From the NCBI GenBank assembly GCA_018645405.1, contig JABGOQ010000018.1, positions 1 to 13,899 of the forward strand: a stretch of 13,899 nt of DNA. Direction: 5' to 3'. The position numbers and the translations under genes are program-made. The notes under the pieces were generated by a model, which worked only from the letters and a program-made list of their open reading frames with translations, searched no databases and was not told where the DNA came from. This DNA comes from Anaerolineae bacterium. Lineage in GTDB: Bacteria > Chloroflexota > Anaerolineae > Anaerolineales > Villigracilaceae. This document shows positions 1 to 7,335 of the stretch, piece after piece (position 1 is the stretch's first letter; every line of letters begins with the position of its first letter).

Positions 1-217
1 AATCCCCTATGACGGGGATTAGGTGGAAAATAGTCTGAATTATGCAACACTCTCCAAAAGCGGCCATCCAACGCAAGTGACGTGCCAATTTTAGCCGACT
101 ATAACGAAGTGATTGCAGGTAGATAGAAAGACCAAGTACGAAAAAAACCTGACCATAGATGAATAAAATAATGGATCGGTTAAGGGCAAAAAAATCTTGC
201 AGAAAATCGATAGTCAT
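1..217 (-). CDS. Partial CDS (N-terminus only, runs off the left edge): hydrophobic membrane protein, possibly the N-terminal membrane module of a sensor protein
   Basis: ATG at 217-215 is open for 72 codons down to position 2 (MTIDFLQDFFALNRSIILFIYGQVFFVLGLSIYLQSLRYSRLKLARHLRWMAAFGE...). It is absent from the ORF track because no stop lies in the window. It has a hydrophobic TM-like segment and sits directly downstream of the terminator at 251-287. No clear SD. Confidence 0.35.
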   Translation of the reverse strand, partial: MTIDFLQDFFALNRSIILFIYGQVFFVLGLSIYLQSLRYSRLKLARHLRWMAAFGECCIIQTIFHLIPVIGD

Positions 218-250
218 AGGGGTATTTTAGCAGGTTTATCGGCTCTTATG

Positions 251-287
251 AAAAACGGGAACTGCATTTGCAGTTCCCGTTTTTTTA
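251..287 (-). terminator. Rho-independent terminator (bidirectional hairpin) ending the 307..1446 gene
   Basis: Perfect stem cgggaactgca (256-266) / tgcagttcccg (269-279) with a 2 nt loop. It is flanked by an A5 run (251-255, giving a U-run on the minus transcript) and a T-run (280-287). Confidence 0.8.
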
Positions 288-306
288 GAGATTAGAAATT
301 GTAGAT

Positions 307-1446
307 TTATTTAGCTTCGAAGACAAGGAAGTTGACGCCAGTTTGGAAAGCGTGGCGGACTTGAGCGTTGTCAAAAACTGCGACACCAAAGAAGTATTCA
401 GCATCTAAGTCTGTGTATTGAACATCGAAGTCAGAGCCAGTGTCAAGCGCGCGGCCAAGTTCGATCACCCATGCGCCATCTACATATGCCCAACCAGCGG
501 AGATGTTGCCACGGTCGCCGGTGAATTGTTCTTTGACGATGCCAGGAACGAGGTCGCCAGCGGCGAATAAACTATCATCAAATTCAACTGCTTCGCTCTT
601 GAGGATCCAGCCAGGGGAGCCATCAGTTGGGTAGCCTTCGGGTCCCATGAAAGCGGGAGCAGTTTTATCTTCATTATTGTTGGCTACATATCCACCACCA
701 TCAGAGGGATCGCCATGGCGGCCTGCGCCAGCGGTTTCTGCGGAATAGCGGGTGCTGTCAAGATATTGATCGTCAGCTTGACCTAAGTTACGGACTGATT
801 TCCAATGCCAGATGTCTGCAAATTGACCTTCTTCAGCGGTGTATTTATTACCGTAAGGTTTGAATTCTGCATCTTCGCCAGCGTGACAGCCAGTGAAACA
901 ACCGAGAGTTTCGAAGTCAGTGATGCTGTTGTCAATATTCCAGATGATGGACATTTTGTCTTCGTAAACTGCGTTATTGTCATGACCAACATCATTGGGG
1001 TCTTTGATGACTGCCCAAGTACCATCTTCTTGCTTTTCCCAAGGGGAGCGCATGAAGCTTTGAGTGGGGTCAGCATAGGTTACGTAGAAGTAAATCATAT
1101 CGTCTGTATAAACGGACTTGATGGAAACTTCTGTTTCGCCCATATTTGCGCCGCCAGCAACTTTAGCGGTGATGGCGGTAGCGTCTGCCCAGAGAGCATC
1201 AACTTCGCCGTCTAATGCAGGGGCTGCGCCTACAGGCAAAGAAACCAATGCACCTTCAGGGGCTTCCCATACGGGGGCTGCAGGTTCTTCAACTACAGGC
1301 TCTTCTGCGGGTTCTTCGGCCACAGGCTCTTCAGCTGCCGGTTCTTCAACTACGGGTGCTTCAACAGCGGCAGGCTCAGCTGAGCAAGCGGCAAGAACTA
1401 CACCAAGGACTAACAGGATACCGATAATAAGTGTTCTCTTTTTCAT
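307..1446 (-). CDS. Secreted lipoprotein with an acidic Pro/Glu/Ala-rich linker and an EB_dh (ethylbenzene-dehydrogenase gamma / DMSO-reductase haem-binding-like, DOMON/CBM9 clan) domain
   Basis: The start is moved to the internal ATG at 1446-1444, which has GGAGA 5 nt upstream. Signal peptide MKKRTLIIGILLVLGVVLAAC carries a lipobox (LAAC). The linker AEPAAVEAPVVEEPAAEEPVAEEPAEEPVVEEPAAP lies at about 1273-1380. Domain strings DGEVDALWADA, DIWHWK and GCFTGCH are typical of the EB_dh family as I recall it. TAA stop, followed by a terminator. Confidence 0.8.
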   Translation of the reverse strand: MKKRTLIIGILLVLGVVLAACSAEPAAVEAPVVEEPAAEEPVAEEPAEEPVVEEPAAPVWEAPEGALVSLPVGAAPALDGEVDALWADATAITAKVAGGANMGETEVSIKSVYTDDMIYFYVTYADPTQSFMRSPWEKQEDGTWAVIKDPNDVGHDNNAVYEDKMSIIWNIDNSITDFETLGCFTGCHAGEDAEFKPYGNKYTAEEGQFADIWHWKSVRNLGQADDQYLDSTRYSAETAGAGRHGDPSDGGGYVANNNEDKTAPAFMGPEGYPTDGSPGWILKSEAVEFDDSLFAAGDLVPGIVKEQFTGDRGNISAGWAYVDGAWVIELGRALDTGSDFDVQYTDLDAEYFFGVAVFDNAQVRHAFQTGVNFLVFEAK

Positions 1447-1606
1447 TACATTCTCCATATAATTTTTATCATACATAGGCATGTATGAATTCTCTAGGAG
1501 TCTAGCTGTGTGAAACAAATCACAACAGGGGTTTTTTACCCCACTTCATCGGGACAAAGTGGTAATCCACTTGGGACAGTTGAAAAGGGATTTCGACAGA
1601 AAATAC

Positions 1607-1646
1607 TAAAAAGGCTTGGCTTCTTATCTGGGAGCCAAGCCTTTTT
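1607..1646 (-). terminator. Rho-independent terminator closing the epimerase-HAD-oxidoreductase operon
   Basis: 10 bp perfect stem aggcttggct (1611-1620) / agccaagcct (1632-1641) with an 11 nt loop. An A-run at 1607-1611 gives a U-run on the minus transcript; a T-run lies at 1641-1645 on the plus strand. Confidence 0.75.
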
Positions 1647-1700
1647 GCTTTATCAACTGATATTATGCAAAAGATATTTTTGACAGACTTTGGGTCTGCC

Positions 1701-1774
1701 CTCACCCTCCGCCCTCTCCTAAAGGGAGATGGGACTTAATTCCTTCTCCCTTTAGGAGAAGGTTAGGATGAGAG
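1701..1774. repeat. REP-like nested inverted repeat (long intergenic hairpin)
   Basis: Perfect 15 bp stem tctcctaaagggaga (1715-1729) / tctccctttaggaga (1745-1759) with a 15 nt loop. The flanking arms extend it imperfectly (ctcaccctccgccc ... ggttaggatgagag). There is no adjacent U-run. It lies between the stop at 1820 and the true terminator. Confidence 0.55.
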
Positions 1775-1819
1775 AAAATGCTCGCCCTGTGTAACATCAG
1801 CTATTAACGATAATTTACT

Positions 1820-2836
1820 TTACACATTTTCCTCGCTCACCATCAGCACAATCCGCCCCTTCACTGCCGCCTGCTCAATTAGCTCGTGTGCCTTTTTCGC
1901 ATCTTCCAGCTTCATGCGCTGCTCAATGGCGGGCTTGATCTTTCCAGCTTTGAGCAGATCAAAGAGTGCGCTTAAATCTTCCTTGAACCATTCGGGATTT
2001 TTCTTGCGCAAATCGCCGATCGAGTAGAAGGATGCCTTTCGCCCGTTTGGCAGGATATTCCACAGCATGATTTTCATAAAATCTATCGGCACGCTCCCGC
2101 CTTTGCCCATAGAATTATCATAAAAACCATAGGGGACGAGTGTGCCACCTTTTTTCAGGGATGCGAATGAGCGTTTGAAATTTTCTCCACTAATTGCATC
2201 AAAAGCCGCATCGACCTTGCCCTCGGCTTGCAACCGCGCAACGAAATCTTCTTTGGCGTAATCAATATGCTCCGCACCCAGCCCCTCGACCAACTCCCGC
2301 TTAGACGCGGATGCCGTCCCATACATTTTCAGGTCAAGCTGTCTGCCTAATTCGAGAAAGGCTGTTCCAACTGCCCCGCCTGCCCCGTGTACGAGAATAC
2401 TCTGCCCGCGTTTCACTTTTGCAACACGGTGCAACATTTGATAAGCGGAAACATATGATAAAACCATACTCACAGCTTCGGCGGGATCCAGTTCTGCGGG
2501 GACAGGCACCAAAGAATCTGCGGGGCGGAGCATATATTCTGTGTACGCCCCGTACACTATCAAATCTGCAACGAGCAAGCCGGGGGTAAGTCCGCTTACG
2601 CCTGATCCCACTTTGTCTACGATGCCGACCATATCGTATCCCGGAGAGAGGGGCGGAGTCTCCTTGAATCCAAAATAAATACCTTTGCGTACCATCGTGT
2701 CGGTAAAGGTCGCGCTGGCAGCCAAAATCTTGATGCGCACTTCGCCCGCACCCGGCTCGGGGAGGTTTGCTTCTTCAACAACTTGTAAAACTTCGGGTCC
2801 GCCAAATTCGTTCAGAACAACTTTTTTATAACTCAT
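1820..2836 (-). CDS. Zinc-type alcohol dehydrogenase / NADPH:quinone oxidoreductase family protein (MDR superfamily, zeta-crystallin/VAT-1-like)
   Basis: 338 aa. N-terminal GroES-like segment (FGGPEVLQVVEEANLPEPGAGEVRIKILAAS) and Rossmann motif VHGAGGAVGTAFLELG. AAGGAG SD inside the end of the upstream gene; only 1 nt separates the HAD stop (2838) from this start (2836). Confidence 0.9.
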   Translation of the reverse strand: MSYKKVVLNEFGGPEVLQVVEEANLPEPGAGEVRIKILAASATFTDTMVRKGIYFGFKETPPLSPGYDMVGIVDKVGSGVSGLTPGLLVADLIVYGAYTEYMLRPADSLVPVPAELDPAEAVSMVLSYVSAYQMLHRVAKVKRGQSILVHGAGGAVGTAFLELGRQLDLKMYGTASASKRELVEGLGAEHIDYAKEDFVARLQAEGKVDAAFDAISGENFKRSFASLKKGGTLVPYGFYDNSMGKGGSVPIDFMKIMLWNILPNGRKASFYSIGDLRKKNPEWFKEDLSALFDLLKAGKIKPAIEQRMKLEDAKKAHELIEQAAVKGRIVLMVSEENV

Positions 2837-2837
2837 T

Positions 2838-3536
2838 TTATTTCTCCTTTTTCTCTATTATCTTTACTAACTGTCCAATATTTTCAATCTCATAATACTC
2901 TTTTCTATCGGCATCTTCTTGAGAAACCGCTTCGTGCGCCCAAGTCGTGGAATTGGGGATATACACTGCCTGCCCGCCAATTTCAACGACAGGGAGCACA
3001 TCTGATTTCAGCGAGTTGCCGACCATGAGGAAATGCTGGGGAACAATATCATGTTTTGCTAAAACTTTTTCGTAGGTCTTACTTGTTTTATTGCTGACAA
3101 CTTCAATGTGTTTGAAGAAGTCACCAAGCCCAGAGCGGGCAACTTTCCTTTGCTGGTCAAGCAAATCGCCTTTTGTGATGATCATCAGAGGGTACGATTT
3201 AGAGAGCTTTTCTATCGTTTCACACACGCCTTCGAGCAAGACTACATCTGCATCAAGCATCTCCTTCCCAAAGCCGATGATTTTGCGAATATCTTCTGGC
3301 GGGATTTTGCCCTCTGTGAGATCGATAGCCGTTTCAATCATCGAAAGCGTGAAGCCTTTGACGCCATATCCATAAGTTTTGATATTGCGCCCTTCGGTTT
3401 CAAGGTGAGTTTCTATTACAAAATCAGATGGGTGATAATCAGCCAGCAAATCAGCGAGTTTGTTTTCAGCTACTTTGAAAAGGGTCTCGTTATGCCAGAG
3501 CGTATCATCGGCGTCGAAGACAATTACTTCAATCAT
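2838..3536 (-). CDS. HAD-superfamily hydrolase (phosphatase-like)
   Basis: 232 aa. Motif I is FDADDTLW (DxDxT), motif II is IITKG, and a late GNSLKSD acidic motif is present. The start overlaps the stop of the upstream epimerase gene by 4 nt (ATGA at 3536-3533). Confidence 0.88.
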   Translation of the reverse strand: MIEVIVFDADDTLWHNETLFKVAENKLADLLADYHPSDFVIETHLETEGRNIKTYGYGVKGFTLSMIETAIDLTEGKIPPEDIRKIIGFGKEMLDADVVLLEGVCETIEKLSKSYPLMIITKGDLLDQQRKVARSGLGDFFKHIEVVSNKTSKTYEKVLAKHDIVPQHFLMVGNSLKSDVLPVVEIGGQAVYIPNSTTWAHEAVSQEDADRKEYYEIENIGQLVKIIEKKEK

Positions 3537-4524
3537 GCTTTGTGTTTCTCTTCTAAATAATCAAGAGCTTCCCGAATCGCCGCTTCTGGGTCGCGGGGAT
3601 TAAATTCCAACTCCGTGCGGGCTTTGGAGATGTCTTTGCGAGCAGCAACATCATAGAATAATTCCACTTGGCTGCGCAGAAGCATGGGCTGCTTTCCTGT
3701 GATTTTGCTGGCTAACTCCATCAACGAAGACAAACCTTGCAACACAAACTTGGGCACACGCGGGGGCATTTTTACATCAGGGTTTCGCTCACGTATAAGG
3801 TTAATCACCTGCTCCGTCCGCATGGGTTCTTCGGTAACGAGCAAATATCTCTCGCCGCGCCGACCTTTTTTAGCGGCAGCAAGCATCCCCTGCGCGAGAT
3901 CCCGGGCATCCACAAAAGTGAGCGGGAAATTCACATCCACAAAAACTTCACCGTTCAACGCCTGATGCAAATAATCCATCGTTGGCGTTAAATATTGGCA
4001 ATTCGGTCCCGTAATCGCGCCCGGCAAAACGCTGACCATATTCAAATCAAGCTCTTTGGCAAGCTCCCAAGCCAGTTGCTCCGATTGCGTTTTCGACTGC
4101 ACATAAGGATTATTGTAGAACTCCGTCCGCCAAGTGGATTCGGTAACGGGCAGGATTTCATCATCCAGCGTGACCTCGGAGCTGACATAAACGATGCGCT
4201 CCACACCCTGGCTTGCCGCCGCTTCAAGAATATTTTTCGTGCCCTGAAGATTCGGCTCGATAATATCCGCCTGAGGGTTGGGTGCCCAATGCTTGAACAC
4301 GGCAGCCACCTGATAGAGGGTATGCACCCCCTCCAGCGCACGGAGCAGGGAACCTTATCCATCAGATCAGCGTATACAATTTCGCAATCCAGCCCCTCGA
4401 AAGGGACGGTGTTTTTTGTGTTACGCACGCTGGCACGCACTTGCTCGCCATTATCCAAGAGGGCGCGGACGAGATTGTTTCCCAAGTGTCCGTTTGCGCC
4501 GGTGACTAAGTTGAGTTTGGTCAT
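3533..4524 (-). pseudogene. NAD-dependent epimerase/dehydratase (extended SDR, dihydroflavonol/cinnamoyl-CoA-reductase-like) split by a 1 nt frameshift
   Basis: ORF 4042..4524 supplies the N-terminus (MTKLNLVTGANGHLGNNLVRALL, the GxxGxxG motif). ORF 3533..4327 supplies the remainder (VYVSS, YVQSK = YxxxK). The two frames join as ...EIVYADLMDK|GSLLRALEGVHTLYQ... if one base is restored near 4353-4359 (AAGGTTCC versus the expected AAGGGTTCC). 992 nt plus 1 gives 331 codons. Confidence 0.85.
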
Positions 4525-4548
4525 TTTCTGTTCTCCTAAATCGTTATG

Positions 4549-4593
4549 TTATATAAACACTGTAAATATATAGTGTTTATATAATTTTGTCAA
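4549..4593 (-). promoter_or_regulatory. Sigma-70-type promoter (TTGACA-17-TATATT) overlapped by a perfect 13 bp inverted repeat (candidate operator)
   Basis: On the minus strand, TTGACA lies at 4593-4588, followed by a 17 nt spacer and TATATT at 4570-4565. The inverted-repeat arms are ttatataaacact (4549-4561) and agtgtttatataa (4572-4584), separated by 10 nt. They cover the spacer and the expected transcription start. AGGAGAA SD and the ATG at 4524 lie downstream. Confidence 0.65.
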
Positions 4594-4625
4594 GAAAACT
4601 TTCCCCCATTTATTAAAGAATAGAA

Positions 4626-5873
4626 TTAAGCAATAAACTTAAATATCTCATCTGCCGCATTCTCTGCCCCATTCATTTTTCGGACGATGGACTGGATTCG
4701 CTTCGCATTTTCTGTGTAGGATGGATTGCCCGCGACGCGCGTGACCTCAGCTTGAATCCGTTCTTTAGCATATTCTTTGAGTGGAATTCGTACCCCCATC
4801 CCGGCTTGGGCGAGCGTATCTAAATTGGCATCTTGCTCAAACTGGAATCCGACTCCCACAACGGGAGTCCCCGCCCAGCATGCGGTCTGGACAGTTCCCT
4901 GCCCGCCGTGAATGAGGGCTATATCTGCCATTTCGTTTACTTCGGGCGCGGGCAAATAGCGCGTGGCATAGATGTTTTCGGGGAGCGACTCCAACTCGGC
5001 GGGGTCAAGGATCGTGGTGGTAGCGATGACGGTGTTATGCCCCAACTCGCGTAGTGCGGCGATTGCAGAGCGAAGTTGCTCTGGCGTGCCGGAACTGCCC
5101 ATCGCGCAGAAGATATTTAATCCATCTCTGCTGAAAATGCGCTTCACTTCTTCGGGGACGGGCATGGGGAGATGGGCAAAAATATGCCCCACATAGCGAT
5201 AATTATCGGGCAGAGCTTCGGCGGGTAAACCGCTTAGTTCGGGGATATCGGTAAGCAGGTTCAAATCTCCGTCAACAATATCCAGAAGGGTTTTGACGGG
5301 CGGGATATTGAATTTCTTCGCCGCTTTGTTGAATCTGCCTGTACCTACGCTGAGGCGAGGCATGATCCAATTGACTGCCTTATCTTTCCATGCTTGCGGA
5401 ATAAGACGAGTGAAAGCGTTTTCATATTGGTCGGGGAATTTAGCGAGATTGTGGGAAAAATAGGGTGGCGTACCCGGTGCGGGGAGCAGGTAGATGAGTG
5501 GGATGTGCGCTGCTTTAGCGGTAATCGTTGAAGGGAGGTTCATCCCTCCATAAGCGGCATCAGGTTCAAATTTCTGGAGCGCACCGAGTTCCGCATCCAC
5601 TTGGGCAACCCACTCTGAGACAGAAAAAGGCTGACCGAGCGCGCGACCTTGATCCAAATCTATCAGAAATTTATGCTTTTCAGGCGTGATGAGGGGCTGG
5701 AGGGTGCTGAGGTGAAAATCGGCTTCGGTGATGAGATGCTCATGCGTGCCGCCATGTGTAAAAAAGCGGATTTCAGCCCTTTGCGCGCGGCAGGCTTTGG
5801 CAACTTCGATGGCGCGGGTGACTTCGGCGAGATTGTGGGCGTAGGCGAAAAAGGCGATGCGGGGAGAGGTCAT
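4626..5873 (-). CDS. GT1-family (GT-B fold) UDP-glycosyltransferase, MGT/OleD-like
   Basis: 415 aa. The C-terminal nucleotide-sugar signature HGGQGTVQTACWAGTPVVGVGFQFEQDANLD is typical of the UDP-glucuronosyl/glucosyltransferase family. The start overlaps the upstream gene stop by 4 nt (ATGA at 5873-5870). Confidence 0.88.
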   Translation of the reverse strand: MTSPRIAFFAYAHNLAEVTRAIEVAKACRAQRAEIRFFTHGGTHEHLITEADFHLSTLQPLITPEKHKFLIDLDQGRALGQPFSVSEWVAQVDAELGALQKFEPDAAYGGMNLPSTITAKAAHIPLIYLLPAPGTPPYFSHNLAKFPDQYENAFTRLIPQAWKDKAVNWIMPRLSVGTGRFNKAAKKFNIPPVKTLLDIVDGDLNLLTDIPELSGLPAEALPDNYRYVGHIFAHLPMPVPEEVKRIFSRDGLNIFCAMGSSGTPEQLRSAIAALRELGHNTVIATTTILDPAELESLPENIYATRYLPAPEVNEMADIALIHGGQGTVQTACWAGTPVVGVGFQFEQDANLDTLAQAGMGVRIPLKEYAKERIQAEVTRVAGNPSYTENAKRIQSIVRKMNGAENAADEIFKFIA

Positions 5874-6274
5874 AATACTTTTCTTGCTTTCCAGTAAAAA
5901 CTGATGAAGAAACTGCCTACGCTGAGGGCATAAATTTTAATGGCAATTTCGATATATTCATCCATTGTTTGTAAGAAGAGTAGCCCCGTGTTGAAGCCAT
6001 AGAGAAAGGCGTATAGGCCGAGGAAAATCAACCCCGACCCTGCGGCGATGCCAAAGGGGTTGGCTGTGTCTTTTCCTTTGAGCAGGAAGTAGCCGCCGAG
6101 AAAAGCTGTTACGCCAATCCAGGCATCGGCGAGGGGGAAGGCCATGAACCAATCTGTGTAGCCGGGGATTAGGTCTACAACGGGGAAAATGCCGGTGAAT
6201 ACTGATATCCAGTAAGTGAAGATGCCAAAAGTGGTGAAGAAACTTAATCCGATTGCGAGGTTTTTATTTTTCAT
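5870..6274 (-). CDS. Small integral membrane protein of unknown function (about 4 TM segments)
   Basis: 134 aa, strongly hydrophobic with four helix-length segments. AAGGA SD 7 nt upstream of the ATG. Translationally coupled to the glycosyltransferase. No motif I recognise, and it does not look like GtrA. Confidence 0.7.
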   Translation of the reverse strand: MKNKNLAIGLSFFTTFGIFTYWISVFTGIFPVVDLIPGYTDWFMAFPLADAWIGVTAFLGGYFLLKGKDTANPFGIAAGSGLIFLGLYAFLYGFNTGLLFLQTMDEYIEIAIKIYALSVGSFFISFYWKARKVL

Positions 6275-6310
6275 TTTTTTGTCCTTGGTAGATATTTCTA
6301 CAGATAAAAA

Positions 6311-6640
6311 TTAGTGGGCGGTGGTTCTTGAAAAAAGATTGATGATAATAACGCCGATGACAATCAACCCCATCCCAATTATTGCGGGGAGGTCTGGCCT
6401 TTCTTGATAGAGAAATATGCCAACGACCGTGACCAAAACAATGCCCAAACCAGACCAAATTGCGTAGGTGATCCCAACAGGCATAGTCTTCAAGACCAGT
6501 GTCATAAAATAGAAAGAGATGCCGTATCCAATCGCAACGATGGAGCTAGGGAGTAATTTGGTGAAATTTTCTGATGCTTTAAGCGCACTGGTTGCGGCTA
6601 CTTCGGCAATAATTGCGATAGAGAGATAGATATGTGCCAT
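6311..6640 (-). CDS. emrE: Small multidrug resistance (SMR) exporter, EmrE/Qac subtype
   Basis: 109 aa and 4 TM segments. The membrane glutamate sits in IIAEVAATSALK, followed by YAIWSGLGIVL and the C-terminus DLPAIIGMGLIVIGVIIINLFSRTTAH. These are closely collinear with E. coli EmrE as I recall it. AGGAGC SD; 9 nt separate it from the TetR stop. Confidence 0.9.
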   Translation of the reverse strand: MAHIYLSIAIIAEVAATSALKASENFTKLLPSSIVAIGYGISFYFMTLVLKTMPVGITYAIWSGLGIVLVTVVGIFLYQERPDLPAIIGMGLIVIGVIIINLFSRTTAH

Positions 6641-6649
6641 TTTTGCTCC

Positions 6650-7195
6650 TTAGATTTCTTTGGTTACCATCTCAATCAGCGTATCTATAAGATTTTGGCG
6701 TGCTTCTTGAGCGAGCGGTGCAAAATCAAGCAAATCGGAGATGAGCATGCCGTCCAGCGCGAGGCGAATAATGGTGCCGATTTCTGGGGTGGGGGCAAGC
6801 TGCTCGCATTTTTCTTGCCACTCGTCGAAACGCTCCTGAAGGGGTTTGAGCAGTTCTGGCTCAATGGCAATGGCGGCAACTAATGCGCCGCTTATTTGGT
6901 TGTGCTCGGCAGGGGGCTGAAAGGAGGCGCGGACATATGCCACGAGCCAGTTGCCATCACTTTTGAGCAGTTCCTGTTCGAGCATGGTTTCAAATCCAGA
7001 GATGAGCTTCTCGACCATGCCTTTGATGAGACTCTTTTTATTAGGGAAATGGTAGAGAAGGCCACCTTTGCTGACTCCAGCTTCACGGGCTGTGCTTTCG
7101 AGCGTGAGGGTTCTCACGCCTTGCTCCAGCACAATTTTGTTGGCGGCTTCAAGAATGGATTTACGAGTAGTAGCTGAGATCGTTTTTTGTTTCAT
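6650..7195 (-). CDS. TetR/AcrR-family transcriptional regulator
   Basis: HTH RKSILEAANKIVLEQGVRTLTLESTAREAGVSKGGLLYHF. I place the start at the internal ATG 7195-7193 (MKQKTISA...) because a TTGACA-17-TACATT promoter lies between it and the track start at 7237. Confidence 0.88.
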   Translation of the reverse strand: MKQKTISATTRKSILEAANKIVLEQGVRTLTLESTAREAGVSKGGLLYHFPNKKSLIKGMVEKLISGFETMLEQELLKSDGNWLVAYVRASFQPPAEHNQISGALVAAIAIEPELLKPLQERFDEWQEKCEQLAPTPEIGTIIRLALDGMLISDLLDFAPLAQEARQNLIDTLIEMVTKEI

Positions 7196-7202
7196 ACAAA
7201 AT

Positions 7203-7231
7203 AATGTACCGTCTGGACGGTTTACTGTCAA
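7203..7231 (-). promoter_or_regulatory. Promoter with an embedded 14 bp palindrome (candidate TetR operator); apparently leaderless transcript
   Basis: On the minus strand, TTGACA lies at 7231-7226, followed by a 17 nt spacer and TACATT at 7208-7203, with only 7 nt to the ATG at 7195 and no SD. The palindrome accgtc-tg-gacggt (7208-7221) fills the spacer. Confidence 0.6.
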
Positions 7232-7235
7232 GGGC

Positions 7236-7276
7236 AAAAAAAATAGACTTAGCTTTTTGCTAAGTCTATTTTTTTG
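7236..7276 (-). terminator. Rho-independent (bidirectional) terminator ending the lipoprotein gene 7336..8916
   Basis: 11 bp perfect stem atagacttagc (7243-7253) / gctaagtctat (7259-7269) with a ttttt loop. An A-run (7236-7242) and a T-run (7270-7276) flank it. Confidence 0.85.
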
Positions 7277-7335
7277 TTTTTCATCTTAATATCTAAAAAC
7301 AGCACAAAATCCTATGAATTTTGCTTGAGCATATA

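Noticed and set aside
1-20. The hairpin aatcccc-tatgac-ggggatt at the window edge, considered as a possible CRISPR repeat or terminator.
   Set aside because: It is a single copy with no spacer periodicity or U-run, and it lies inside the open reading frame of the partial membrane-protein gene.
1447-1518. Longer N-terminal extensions given by the ORF track: 307..1518, 6650..7237 and 11926..12630.
   Set aside because: Internal ATGs at 1446, 7195 and 12612 give canonical N-termini (a signal peptide or a TetR HTH spacing). 1446 and 12612 are preceded by GGAGA, and a promoter lies between 7237 and 7195, leaving 7195 with no SD (read as leaderless). The extensions add non-homologous residues.
1540-1600. 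Direct repeats of TGTCCC..AGTGG and small hairpins (ggggttttttacccc, agtgg-atta-ccact) upstream of the EB_dh lipoprotein gene, considered as a possible regulator site.
   Set aside because: The repeats are short and imperfect, and I could not place a convincing -35/-10 next to them. There is not enough signal to call.
1520-1705. A 61 aa minus-strand ORF in the 1447-1819 intergenic region.
   Set aside because: It spans the rho-independent terminator (1607-1646) and part of the REP-like hairpin, and has no SD. It is best explained as chance.
4330-4365. Programmed ribosomal frameshifting to join the two halves of the epimerase gene.
   Set aside because: There is no slippery heptamer or homopolymer at the junction (GAT AAG GTT CCC) and no downstream pseudoknot-like structure was noticed. 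A simple 1 nt loss explains it.
3995-4573. Long antisense or overlapping ORFs from the track: 3995..4573+, 3108..3560+, 805..1215+, 1118..1462+, 9801..10292+, 10886..11209+, 11190..11579+, 7924..8301+, 8314..8694+ and others.
   Set aside because: Each lies entirely opposite or inside a gene with strong family motifs, lacks SD or start context, and translates to low-complexity or Arg/Ser/Cys-rich sequence typical of shadow ORFs. An example is the GSS-repeat ORF opposite the PE linker.
6641-6649. A guanidine riboswitch upstream of the SMR gene; many SMR (Gdx) genes have one.
   Set aside because: Only 9 nt separate the TetR stop from the SMR start, leaving no room for an aptamer. The protein also looks like the EmrE/Qac subtype rather than Gdx/SugE.
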